Assembly: GCA_029838215.1 (NCBI GenBank) | Contig: JALGVI010000003.1 | Location: forward strand, 32,001 to 96,000 | DNA from: Candidatus Helarchaeota archaeon | GTDB lineage: Archaea; Asgardarchaeota; Lokiarchaeia; Helarchaeales; RDOG01 | Reading direction: 5' to 3' | DNA length: 64,000 bases | Part shown: piece by piece, positions 9,056 to 18,632 of the stretch | Layout: each line of letters starts with the position of its first letter | Numbering within the stretch: the first letter of the stretch is position 1 | Made by a program: the position numbers and the translations under genes | The notes under the pieces: generated by a model | Seen by the model: only the letters and a program-made list of their open reading frames with translations | The model's database searches: none | Told to the model about the DNA's origin: nothing

Positions 9056-9850
9056 TTGTCTCCCCGCAAGAAATCGAAGAAAGAAATCGGAAATTTCGAA
9101 GAAGAGACCATGACACTCTTGAGAAAGGGAAAGGAAGCCAATGAATGCATTGATCTTGGGCGCAAATTCTTGAATGACGATCCAAATAGCGCGTTCGACT
9201 ACTTCCAAAAAGCCTTTGACTTGTATGAAGAAGTTCACAATACGATGGGACAAGCAAATGCCCTTCGTTATCTTGGATTGATTTATGGGCCGATCCAAAA
9301 AGACTGGGAAAATTGCCTGGATTGCTTACAACGTGCTTATGAGATTCATGCCAAAGTCAAGAATAAATTATTCATGGGGGAAGAAGTTCATAATATCGGA
9401 TATTGTTATTTTTATCTCAATAAATATGACGAAGCCATTGAACATTTCGAAAAATCCTTAAGAATTCATCAAGAGTTTGGAAACAACGATAGGGTTTCCG
9501 ATAGCCTCTCAAACTTGGGCTTCTTGTATAGAAAACTCGGTAATCTTGATAAATCCATTGAATATTATCAGCAATGCTATTCCATCGATTTAGAATTAGG
9601 TAATTCACATAAACAGGCTCAAGACTTGATTGACATGGCGGCAGTTCTTAGCATGAAAGGAGATCACGTCGAAGCATTGACTCGATTAGAGGAGGCACAT
9701 GATGTTCTGAATAAAACTGGTAATGAACTTGGACAAATAAAAGTAATTGAAGAAATTAAAAAAAACATCACTGAGATCGAAAATGAAACGAAACTTTCGC
9801 CTAAGATCAGACAGGCTATAGATAGAATCAAGAAAAAGTTTAAGATTTAA
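9056..9850 (+). CDS. Tetratricopeptide repeat protein
   Basis: Repeats of roughly 40 aa such as ANALRYLGLIY, GEEVHNIGYCYFYLNKYDEAIEHFEKSL and SDSLSNLGFLYRKLGNLDKSIEYYQQC. Confidence 0.9.
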   Translation: MSPRKKSKKEIGNFEEETMTLLRKGKEANECIDLGRKFLNDDPNSAFDYFQKAFDLYEEVHNTMGQANALRYLGLIYGPIQKDWENCLDCLQRAYEIHAKVKNKLFMGEEVHNIGYCYFYLNKYDEAIEHFEKSLRIHQEFGNNDRVSDSLSNLGFLYRKLGNLDKSIEYYQQCYSIDLELGNSHKQAQDLIDMAAVLSMKGDHVEALTRLEEAHDVLNKTGNELGQIKVIEEIKKNITEIENETKLSPKIRQAIDRIKKKFKI

Positions 9851-9873
9851 TTTAAAAATCAAGAAAGAGTGCT

Positions 9874-10506
9874 TTATTTTCGAGGATAGAAGTATATTGT
9901 CAGTTCTCCTTTGTCATCGCCTCTTAAGAAACATTTTGTTTCTTTACAAACGATGTCGTAGTCATTTCCAACGTAGTCTTCGAAGCTCTGAACCGTGGCA
10001 CCCCCTAATGCCGTAAGGATTTTAGCATATTCCTGATCTTCGAGGTCTTCTCCGGTAATGTGATCGAGACCGACACAAAGAGGGCATTTTTTTAATCCTA
10101 TTGTAACCTTCGTGATTCCATCTTCTGCTTCTTCGGAAGGGATTAATTTTGGCTTATCAAACAGTTTCCACGTATTCTTGCCTGCTAAAGAGTATAATGC
10201 CCAGTCGAGTCTCATTGGTACTTCTGAGATGTCCTTCGATAACAACATTGCCATCTTGAATCCGCCTATGATTGGATTTTCAAGCAAATCCGTCATTAAA
10301 TCTGCGGCTTCACCCCGTGCCGCATCCCCGAGCACCTTCAGTGCTTTCGGGAGACTTCCGTCCAAAACAGATTGATATTCTTCAATTGTTGCTTGAACGA
10401 CTAACGATGTCAGAAGAAGGCTGATCTTGTCACTTCGCCTGTAAAAAAGACGCTTTCCCAAATTTGCTAAATGTTTCTTAAACCAACTTAATTTTTCTGG
10501 AACCAT
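9874..10506 (-). CDS. V4R-domain (HNOB/Bet3-like fold) protein
   Basis: KKCPLC in the middle and C-terminal CKETKCFLRGDDKGELTIY matching the V4R ETKC..xGD..C tail. Confidence 0.7.
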   Translation of the reverse strand: MVPEKLSWFKKHLANLGKRLFYRRSDKISLLLTSLVVQATIEEYQSVLDGSLPKALKVLGDAARGEAADLMTDLLENPIIGGFKMAMLLSKDISEVPMRLDWALYSLAGKNTWKLFDKPKLIPSEEAEDGITKVTIGLKKCPLCVGLDHITGEDLEDQEYAKILTALGGATVQSFEDYVGNDYDIVCKETKCFLRGDDKGELTIYFYPRK

Positions 10507-10507
10507 C

Positions 10508-11053
10508 TCATTGCCTCCTTTTGACTTTTAATTCAACCTCGCAGTAAGGATCACCGCTCCCCATGCTTTTAATAACACTTGCAGAAAAGGACTCAAACGG
10601 AAATACTGAAGGATTTTTTATCGAAATAAGGCTGTTTAAATACCCTTCGATGAATCCCGATACAGGAGAACAATAATGCATTCCTTCTAAGTCCAGTTCA
10701 GGCATGTCCTTGCATAACGTGCAATGTTTCGTGTATAAAGTATAGGTCGAGTCTTCCTTATTTTCTTTGATTTTATACTTCGGTCCCCAATAATTCATCA
10801 TTTCCTTGAGAACTTTCTTAATATTATCTGATTTAGGTGTGTGATATCGCGCAAATTTCGTAGATGTTTTTAACCCAATATTTATCAAGTGTTTGGATGC
10901 TTCTGCTGCTCCTTTATTACGGTAAAAGTAAGATAATACTACAGGATACACTATTTTCAATAATAAAGTCGATATTTTTATTTTCTTGAATTCTTGAGGA
11001 TCTCCTCTAATCGAAAGGTCCCGATCTGTCAATTCAATAATCTCCAAAATCAA
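10508..11053 (-). CDS. V4R-domain / Bet3-like protein
   Basis: HCTLC, HYCSPVSGFIEGYL and KSMGSGDPYCEVEL motifs. Lies 1 nt from the downstream V4R gene. Confidence 0.72.
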   Translation of the reverse strand: MILEIIELTDRDLSIRGDPQEFKKIKISTLLLKIVYPVVLSYFYRNKGAAEASKHLINIGLKTSTKFARYHTPKSDNIKKVLKEMMNYWGPKYKIKENKEDSTYTLYTKHCTLCKDMPELDLEGMHYCSPVSGFIEGYLNSLISIKNPSVFPFESFSASVIKSMGSGDPYCEVELKVKRRQ

Positions 11054-11192
11054 TTATTTTATAATTAAAATTGATTTTACAATAAATCCTTTTCTAATTA
11101 TCAATGGTCTGACAGTGAACAGTATCATTTCGTGCACGAACTGGAAGCACAACAGACTTTAAAGCAAACGAAGCTGAACAATTGGTTACTTT

Positions 11193-11450
11193 TTATTCTG
11201 AAATTGAAATAATAATTTTTCTTGCCTTCTCATAAATTACTGCATTCAGCCACATTATTTCTGAAAGTTTTTCCAGGGAAGAAAGAGCGTCTTCTTTTTT
11301 TAGGATTCCATCCTTGACTGATTTTATTATCAAACCAATGCTACCAATTATGTCAATTCCCATTGCTTTAGCAAAGCTTCTAGCTGACTCATCGTCAATC
11401 AACAAGAGCAAATTTAATTCTTTTGCGAGCATTATTGCTTTAAAATCCAT
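11193..11450 (-). pseudogene. Truncated DUF3368 (PIN-like) toxin, C-terminal half only
   Basis: KAIMLAKEL..LLIDDESARSFAKAMGIDIIGSIGLI matches the C-terminal half of the intact paralogue at 22851-23423. The N-terminal half is missing. Confidence 0.8.
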
Positions 11451-11740
11451 TTTAGATCCTTTTCAAGCTCTTTTTCGTCATAGTTGAACGGAATGTTTCT
11501 CATTCGAATTTCTTCTAATGCTTCTCGATATGTTATCCTTGCAATCTCAGCAGCCTTCCACAATGAGACTTTTTTTTCCCGATATATTTCCATTGCCTTT
11601 TTTATCCTATGTTTTTTCAAGGATTCTTGGATGAACCTCCGAATAATAGTCCCTTTATCTATTTATTCCTCCTTGCTGATCTTTTCTAATTCATCGATGA
11701 TTTCTTTTGAAAGTCTAACGGAAGTCGTGATCATTTTCAT
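11432..11740 (-). pseudogene. UPF0175-family antitoxin with an in-frame stop
   Basis: ATG at 11740 gives MKMITTSVRLSKEIIDELEKISKEE*IDKGTIIRRFIQESLKKHRIKKAMEIYREKKVSLWKAAEIA... with TAA at 11663-11665. Colinear with 22556-22867. Confidence 0.85.
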
Positions 11741-11742
11741 AA

Positions 11743-11759
11743 ACGATATAATCTATCGT
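11743..11759. promoter_or_regulatory. Putative autoregulatory operator of the decayed TA module
   Basis: ACGATA-TAATC-TATCGT inverted repeat immediately upstream of the antitoxin ATG. A related motif lies at 22524-22543. Confidence 0.45.
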
Positions 11760-11981
11760 AATATTTTAGTTTTTCTTAAAAATTGAGACTTTAGACAAAT
11801 TAAATGTTTTTTTCGTCAATCTGGGAATAGAATGGAGAAGTACGTTATTCGTGATTTGTAAAAACAAGAAAAGATCTTTTTATCGAAAAAAAACATCAGT
11901 TCTGCCTTTTCTCCATAAAAAGAATAAGATTAAAAAATATATATTTAGTCATTTATATGGATATCCGATAATTAACGATTT

Positions 11982-14777
11982 TTGGGAACTCTGATGGCTT
12001 TGGACAAAAAAGACTTGAAAAGAATTTTTAAGGAAGAGCATTATAAGGTCAAGCTCTTTGATGAGAATGGATTTATTCGAAAGCAGTGTCCGATCTGCAA
12101 GGATTATTTCTGGACTCTAAATCCTGAAACTGAAATCTGTGGTGATACGCAATGTTTGGGCGGTTATTCTTTCATTGACCTTAAAAGAAAGTCAGATTGG
12201 GACTTTCACAATACTGTTAAACGATGGTGTGATTTTTTCGAAAAAAATGGACACAAGCGAATCCAAGAGTATCCCGTAGTAGCGCGTTGGCGCCCTGATC
12301 TCTATTTTACAATCGCTTCTATTGGATGTTTCCAGCCCTATGTATTGAATGGTACCGTGCCTCCGCCTGCCAATCCATTGGTCATCCCTCAGCCTTGCAT
12401 CCGGTTCGGAGGAAAAGGATTTAATGACATTGACAACGTGGGGAAGACAGGACGTCATCTTACTTCATTTATAATGGGAGGACAGCACGCCTTCAATTCT
12501 AAGAAGCAAGGTTTGAAAGGTTATTGGATGGACCGATGCATAGACTTGGACTTTCGATTCCTCACGGAAGTCTTGAAAATAAATCCCGCTGAAATCACGT
12601 TGAGAGAAGATATTTGGATGGGTGGAGGTAATTTTGGTCCTTGTTTGGAATCTTTTTCGAAAGGACTTGAAATCGTAAATAGTGTATTTATGCAGTATGA
12701 AATCCTTCCTGATGGGTCATACCGGCAAATGGACATGACCGTTGTTGATGTGGGGTGGGGCGTAGAAAGAGTAGGCTGGTTCGCAAGCGGAACTCTCACG
12801 GTGTACGAAGCAACGTTTGGACCGATCTTAGAAAATTTAAAGAAATCCGTTTCCATCAACATAGATGCCGATATTTTAGAGAAATATGCCCGTATCTCTG
12901 GATTATTAAACGTGGATGAAAATGAAAGAATTGATGAAACGAGAAGACGAATTGCTCAACAATTAGGGCTTTCTTATGACGTAATGCAAGAACAACTCGG
13001 TCCTTTAGAAGCCCTATATGCCATAACCGATCATGTTCGAACGTTGGTTTTTTCAATTGCTGATGGCGCATTCCCCTCGAATGTTGGTGGAGGATACAAT
13101 CTCCGAATGATCCTGCGGCGAGCCATCACGCTGAATGAATTATATAACTTAAACATTGATCTTGTCAAGCTTAGCTATGATACCATTAGTTATTTTAAGA
13201 AAACGTATACTCGTTTGGCAAACGCAAATGATATAATTGAAGACATTTTAAAGACCGAATTTCAAAGATTTACTGATTCTCGTAAAAAAGGGAAAAAATA
13301 CGTAGAACGACTCTTAAAAGAGAATAAAACAATTGATACGTCAAAATATCTCGAATTATATGAGTCTCGGGGAATTCCACCTGAAGTTGTTAAAGAAATT
13401 GCCCAAAAACAGGGTAAAAAGGTAGAAATTCCGAGTGATTTCTATGTAGCACTTGGAGAACTCAAAGAACGATCGAAAAAATCAGAAGAAGAACAACCAT
13501 TTGAGAAGCAATTTAAGGGAAGAATCGATGACGTGCCCGGTACCAAGGCACTATACGTGAAACATGATTATGATGTTGATTTCGAAGCAAAAATATTAAA
13601 AATTCTTGACGATCGTTTCATCATTCTCGATCAAACGCTGTTTTATCCCACGAGTGGCGGACAGCTTCACGATACGGGCACGATCGAAGGTCTTGAAGTA
13701 GATCGCGTGGAAAAAATCGGGGAAGTCATTATACATCAACTCGCTGCACCTACAAAAAAAATCAAAATGGGACAAAAAGTAAAAGCCAAGATTGACTGGT
13801 CTCGTCGAATCGCCCTGATGCGAAACCATACGGCAACACATGTCGTAAATGCGGCAGCGCGCAAGGTACTTGGGAATCACGTTTGGCAAGGTGGTGCTGA
13901 GAAGCGACCTGAACGTGCACATCTAGATATATCTCATTATAAAGCTGTTTCTCGGGATGAGTTACGGCAAATAGAGCAAGTTGCAAATGAAATTGTTTTG
14001 AAAAACATCCCAATTAACAAAACCGAGCTCATCCGAACAGAAGCAGAACAAACTTATGGTTTTGGCATCTATCAAGGTGGTGCGGTTCCGGGAAAGATGC
14101 TCAGGATCGTTAATATTGACGGCACGGACGTTGAAGCGTGTGGTGGCACGCACTTGAATCGCACTGGAGAAATCGGATTCATTAAAATGCTCGGAGCACG
14201 ACGAATTCAGGATGGTGTGGTTCGCTTGGAATATGCAGCAGGAATGAGTGCCATCCTTCAAATTCAAAAAATGGAACGCTTGCTTGAGACAACGGCAGAT
14301 ATCTTCAAGATCGGTAAGACTGAGGTTCCTGAAAAAGTTAAAAACATACAAGGTGAATGGAAAAGACTCATCAAGGAGAATGAACGATTACAAAAAGAAC
14401 TTTTCGGTGTCTTAGCCAAGGATCTTGTTCAAAATTCTCTTGAATTGGATGGATTCGAATTCATTACTAAAAATTTTCCCGAATATACCATTCCAAATCT
14501 TCGAGAGTTGGGTAATGTCCTGTTGAGTCTTGATGAAAACGTGATCGGCGTGCTATTTGCAGGTACCGAAAAACCTAACATGCTAATAATCGTTGGAAAG
14601 GCAGCTCAGAAAAGAGGACTTAATGCCGGAAAATTAATCAAAGACATTTCAAAAGAATTTGGAATAAAAGGTGGTGGAAAAGCAAATATGGGTCAAGCTG
14701 GAGGCTTCACTACTGAGAATATTACTGCCATCATTAAAAAAATAAAAGAATTGGTTCAGAGTTTTTCTAAATCTTGA
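11982..14777 (+). CDS. alaS: Alanyl-tRNA synthetase (archaeal type)
   Basis: Zn-ribbon CPIC/CGDTQC, TIASIGCFQP, editing motifs NHTATH and ACGGTH, C-terminal GGGKANMGQAGG. Confidence 0.97.
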   Translation: MGTLMALDKKDLKRIFKEEHYKVKLFDENGFIRKQCPICKDYFWTLNPETEICGDTQCLGGYSFIDLKRKSDWDFHNTVKRWCDFFEKNGHKRIQEYPVVARWRPDLYFTIASIGCFQPYVLNGTVPPPANPLVIPQPCIRFGGKGFNDIDNVGKTGRHLTSFIMGGQHAFNSKKQGLKGYWMDRCIDLDFRFLTEVLKINPAEITLREDIWMGGGNFGPCLESFSKGLEIVNSVFMQYEILPDGSYRQMDMTVVDVGWGVERVGWFASGTLTVYEATFGPILENLKKSVSINIDADILEKYARISGLLNVDENERIDETRRRIAQQLGLSYDVMQEQLGPLEALYAITDHVRTLVFSIADGAFPSNVGGGYNLRMILRRAITLNELYNLNIDLVKLSYDTISYFKKTYTRLANANDIIEDILKTEFQRFTDSRKKGKKYVERLLKENKTIDTSKYLELYESRGIPPEVVKEIAQKQGKKVEIPSDFYVALGELKERSKKSEEEQPFEKQFKGRIDDVPGTKALYVKHDYDVDFEAKILKILDDRFIILDQTLFYPTSGGQLHDTGTIEGLEVDRVEKIGEVIIHQLAAPTKKIKMGQKVKAKIDWSRRIALMRNHTATHVVNAAARKVLGNHVWQGGAEKRPERAHLDISHYKAVSRDELRQIEQVANEIVLKNIPINKTELIRTEAEQTYGFGIYQGGAVPGKMLRIVNIDGTDVEACGGTHLNRTGEIGFIKMLGARRIQDGVVRLEYAAGMSAILQIQKMERLLETTADIFKIGKTEVPEKVKNIQGEWKRLIKENERLQKELFGVLAKDLVQNSLELDGFEFITKNFPEYTIPNLRELGNVLLSLDENVIGVLFAGTEKPNMLIIVGKAAQKRGLNAGKLIKDISKEFGIKGGGKANMGQAGGFTTENITAIIKKIKELVQSFSKS

Positions 14778-17627
14778 TCATTCAATAAAAATTCCTGGCT
14801 TGCCAGGTTCTGCAACTTTCGCTTTTTGATGGTTCGATTTCTCGGCTTCTATGACTTGTACGATGCCTGCATTTATCTCCTTCTTTATGAAATCAATGCT
14901 TTCTGATAATATTCCCAATTCTAACTCTCGGTCTTTCGGTTGCTTGCTTTCTAAATCCGGAATTTTCATCAATTTTCCGGCATACTTTGACACTTCTTTT
15001 CCCATTTTTCGCATTGCAGGATCTTTCATGACTCGTTTCATCAGATCTTTTTTGTTTTGAAGTGCTTCATTGTAAACTTTGTATTTCCATTCTTGAGCAA
15101 TGAAGAGTTGTACTTTTTCTGGCTTGGTCTTCTTTGTCAATTTAATGATTTCTCTCAAATCATCCAAGACCTCACTTAAAAATCTCTCACCCTTTTCCAA
15201 ATCTTCATTAATGAGAGTTTCATCCGCCGTGGGCCAATCAGAGTTAAAAATAAAGTCATCATGTCCCCAGATCTCCCAAATTTCTTCACACACGTGGGGA
15301 ATGATCGGTGCCATGAGTTTTACCATGGTTTCTGCCGCAATTCTTAAAACATCGGAGGGCTGTTTCGTGCGACGTTGGTACCAACGAATGTCATTGAACA
15401 GGCTAAAGAAAGACTCCTGAACCACGAGCCGGGTTTGAAGACGTTCATAATGACGCGTTGCATTTTTAATACGTTTATGAATTTGACTTAGAAGCCAATT
15501 ATCAATTACCTGATGTTCTGTGGCGAGATCTGATAGTGAGGTCGCAAAAGAATAGAATGAATCAATTCGTCTTCGAATACCATCTAGATCACGTGCTCTC
15601 CAATCAGGATCATTTAAACCCTGCGTAATATAGCCTAATTCCATTCTCGTAGCATCTGCGCCGTATTTTTCCAAAGCCTCATCCATCGTGATGAACATTC
15701 CACGCGACTTGCTCATCTTTCCGCCTTCTACTTGAATCATGCCGTTTACACCTATAGCTTGAGGCCACATCTCTTCGGGCCAAATTGCAGTATGTTGAAA
15801 GATGCAGAACGATAAATGGTTATATATCAATTCTTTTGCTGAATTCCTCAAATCCATGGGATACCAATACAGAAATTCCTCGCGCATTTGCGTGATTAAA
15901 TCTTCCGAAATTCCCGACTTTTTCGCCACATTCTTTAACTTACCCTTATTTAGGAATATGTAGTCAAATAATTCTCGGGTTAAGTTCTCGGGCGTGATGT
16001 TGTTCTTTTCATCGTAGATGTACTTTGCAATGGTGTAATAACTCATGTAAATCGTAGAATCGGAGAGTGTTTCAACGATCCAATCTTCATCCCAGGGTAA
16101 AGGAGTTCCCAATCCTGAGCGCCGCACGCATGCCTTATCCATCAGCCAGTCAAATGTATAAGCGAATGCGGCACGTCCTTCGTCAGGAAAGACCTTTTTG
16201 GTTTCAAGCCAATGGTGAACCTTTGCCTTCCATTCTGGGTCACCATATGTCAAAAACCATTGATTTTCAAGAATTTTTATGATATTTCGCGTGTTGCATC
16301 GACAAATCACGATGTCTGATGTTTCCCATAATGAATCTGCAATGCCTAACTCTTTAAAATCTGCAATTAATATGTCTTTAATTTCTCGCACGGGCGTGCC
16401 TTTATATTTCCCTGTATTTTCTTTAAGGATTCCTTTATGGAATTCCTTCTTGTAAATTTCACTCGTGGCTTTTTCTGTCTTCGGGTCTAACTGATTTTTG
16501 ATTCCCATTCTTTCTACAATATCAATGGCAGGGTGTTCTCCTAACCCTTCTGTTTCAATCAAGGAGATTGGTTCAAGTTTCTCGATGATTTCTGGATCTA
16601 GTCCGAATTCCTTCGAAATCTCGGGATGATCTCTCAAATCTTTCTGGGCAATCCAATCGAAAGGAGCATGGCTCGGAACTGACATGACGACTCCTGTCGT
16701 GTGTTCTGCATCCACGAAGGACTTACCTTCATACCATGCTGGAATGATCATGACCTCATTCTTTAGCAGGGGATTTGTGCAAGTTTCACCAATGAACTCT
16801 TTCCCTTCGTATTCTTCCAAAACCTTAACCTTTTTATTTTGATCTATCAATTTCTGTATCGTTGCTTTACTCACGATCCATTTTTCTCCGTTAACATCTA
16901 CCTTGACGTATTTGGCTTTCGGATGTATCCACATTGCTACGACACCGAAGATTGTTTCGGGGCGAAGCGTTCCGGGAACGAAATATGCATCTCGTTTACT
17001 GCTGTAGAATTTAAGGAGCGTGAATTCAACGGGCGTGGACTGTTCTCCCACCAGTCGATCATGATCGCCTGTTGGCGAAAGACAATTAGGACACCAAATT
17101 ACAGGATGAGTCCCTAACCTGACATATCCCAAGTCTTTCAACGTTAAATATTGCCATCTGATGAATTGCTTATAGCGGGGTTCAATTGTGGTGAACTTGC
17201 GCCGCCAATCTACTGAGAACCCAATTCGCTTAATCGAGGATATTCCTCTATTTTTATAGTATTCAACGATATACTCAGGATCCGAAAATTTCTCAACTTC
17301 CTCTTTAGGAATTCCTCCCTTAATTAAAATCGAAATTTGTTTTTCTTCCCCTTCTTTCACGCGCTTGGCGACGCCCACAATGGGTTCTCCCGTCGCGTGG
17401 AATGCAAACGGCCAAAGCGAATTATAACCATTCATGAGCTTATATCTATTATAAATATCCACCTGAGTTGCCGTAAGAGCATGTCCTAAATGTAATGGAC
17501 CGTTCAAATAAGGATATGGAAATGTCACGAAACATTTTTTCTTTTTTGGATCGGGATCTCTTTCGTATAGCCTTGCTTCGTCCCACTTTTTCTGCCATTT
17601 TTGTTCAATTTTTTTCCAATCGACCAT
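14778..17627 (-). CDS. leuS: Leucyl-tRNA synthetase (archaeal/eukaryotic type)
   Basis: TFPYPYLNGPLHLGH (HIGH), GTLRPET editing domain, KMSKS and C-terminal AEPGKPGIFIE. Confidence 0.97.
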   Translation of the reverse strand: MVDWKKIEQKWQKKWDEARLYERDPDPKKKKCFVTFPYPYLNGPLHLGHALTATQVDIYNRYKLMNGYNSLWPFAFHATGEPIVGVAKRVKEGEEKQISILIKGGIPKEEVEKFSDPEYIVEYYKNRGISSIKRIGFSVDWRRKFTTIEPRYKQFIRWQYLTLKDLGYVRLGTHPVIWCPNCLSPTGDHDRLVGEQSTPVEFTLLKFYSSKRDAYFVPGTLRPETIFGVVAMWIHPKAKYVKVDVNGEKWIVSKATIQKLIDQNKKVKVLEEYEGKEFIGETCTNPLLKNEVMIIPAWYEGKSFVDAEHTTGVVMSVPSHAPFDWIAQKDLRDHPEISKEFGLDPEIIEKLEPISLIETEGLGEHPAIDIVERMGIKNQLDPKTEKATSEIYKKEFHKGILKENTGKYKGTPVREIKDILIADFKELGIADSLWETSDIVICRCNTRNIIKILENQWFLTYGDPEWKAKVHHWLETKKVFPDEGRAAFAYTFDWLMDKACVRRSGLGTPLPWDEDWIVETLSDSTIYMSYYTIAKYIYDEKNNITPENLTRELFDYIFLNKGKLKNVAKKSGISEDLITQMREEFLYWYPMDLRNSAKELIYNHLSFCIFQHTAIWPEEMWPQAIGVNGMIQVEGGKMSKSRGMFITMDEALEKYGADATRMELGYITQGLNDPDWRARDLDGIRRRIDSFYSFATSLSDLATEHQVIDNWLLSQIHKRIKNATRHYERLQTRLVVQESFFSLFNDIRWYQRRTKQPSDVLRIAAETMVKLMAPIIPHVCEEIWEIWGHDDFIFNSDWPTADETLINEDLEKGERFLSEVLDDLREIIKLTKKTKPEKVQLFIAQEWKYKVYNEALQNKKDLMKRVMKDPAMRKMGKEVSKYAGKLMKIPDLESKQPKDRELELGILSESIDFIKKEINAGIVQVIEAEKSNHQKAKVAEPGKPGIFIE

Positions 17628-17734
17628 GTTCTCAACCTCATGAGAAAACTGCCACTCATTCTTATCTCAAGCTGAAAAAATGATTTTAAGTTTTTTCAAT
17701 CTGATTATTGAATCAACTAAAAAATATCCATTCT

Positions 17735-18412
17735 TCAAACTTCTAAATGAAAAAAACTGATTTTTAATTCCTCGGCTAAAAATGATAATAAATCAAAGAT
17801 TTTTGAACTTTTTTCAATGATAATACCGTCTGAGGAAATGATTATTTCGCCGCCTGAGATGACCGTGCTATCCGGAAACTTGACGGCTCGTGCTTCCCCT
17901 AAAATTTCACGTTTTTCGAGTTGTTCTTGCACGAAAGCTGCCAATTTTCCCGAATTGCTGATCGGTTTATCGAAGAAAAAATTTAGTGATTTCGGTTGTA
18001 GTTTCTGTAATGAATCTAATATTAAGCTAAGTGCTTTTTTCGTGGTTTCTGTCAGTTTAAACTTGTACCGAGAGCCGTAGATATCTCTTATAAAACCATC
18101 ATCACAGTGAAGTAAGTGCTCACCCCTGAGCATGACTTCCGTTCCGATTAAAACGTTGTAGCCATCAATGGAGATTGTCTTATCTCGCAGTTCTTCAGGA
18201 GCCACTTTTTTATTTTGACGTCGGGAGAGTTCATCGTCCGAATGTATCATTCTAAACAGGAGATTTCGTTCATCTGAGGTCAGGTGATGATGGTCGCCCA
18301 CGAATTTTAGAGCACCCTTTTTTTTGTATCCGCGATTCAACAAAAATTTATATTCTTTGGCGGCAACTTGAAGTACTTTTCGATTTTCCATGTAGAACGA
18401 TCTAATTACCAT
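17735..18412 (-). CDS. DUF434-domain protein (PIN-like)
   Basis: FLLNRGY...ALKFVGDHHHL, IDGYNVLI, CDDGFIRD, FFDKPISNSGKL and ISSDGII motifs. Confidence 0.85.
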   Translation of the reverse strand: MVIRSFYMENRKVLQVAAKEYKFLLNRGYKKKGALKFVGDHHHLTSDERNLLFRMIHSDDELSRRQNKKVAPEELRDKTISIDGYNVLIGTEVMLRGEHLLHCDDGFIRDIYGSRYKFKLTETTKKALSLILDSLQKLQPKSLNFFFDKPISNSGKLAAFVQEQLEKREILGEARAVKFPDSTVISGGEIIISSDGIIIEKSSKIFDLLSFLAEELKISFFHLEV

Positions 18413-18529
18413 TGATTTATTTCTTTATCAATTTTGACGACCAAAAAATTCTGAATCGGTGAATTTAAAAAAGTAAAAATTTCTTTTATTCAAATACGAA
18501 ACTTGGTTAAGATGATGAATGCTCATCGT

Positions 18530-18607
18530 GGTCCCGTAGCATAGCCTGGATAGTGCGCCAGCCTTCTAAGTTGGATATCGAGAGTTCAAATCTCCCCGGG
18601 ACCGCCA
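18530..18607 (+). tRNA. tRNA-Arg(TCT), intronless, CCA genome-encoded
   Basis: Acceptor stem GGTCCCG/CGGGACC, anticodon arm CCAGC-CTTCTAA-GTTGG, T arm GAGAG-TTCAAAT-CTCCC (one A-C mismatch), discriminator G followed by CCA. Confidence 0.93.
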
Positions 18608-18632
18608 CGCATTTTATTTTTGAGGGCTTGAT

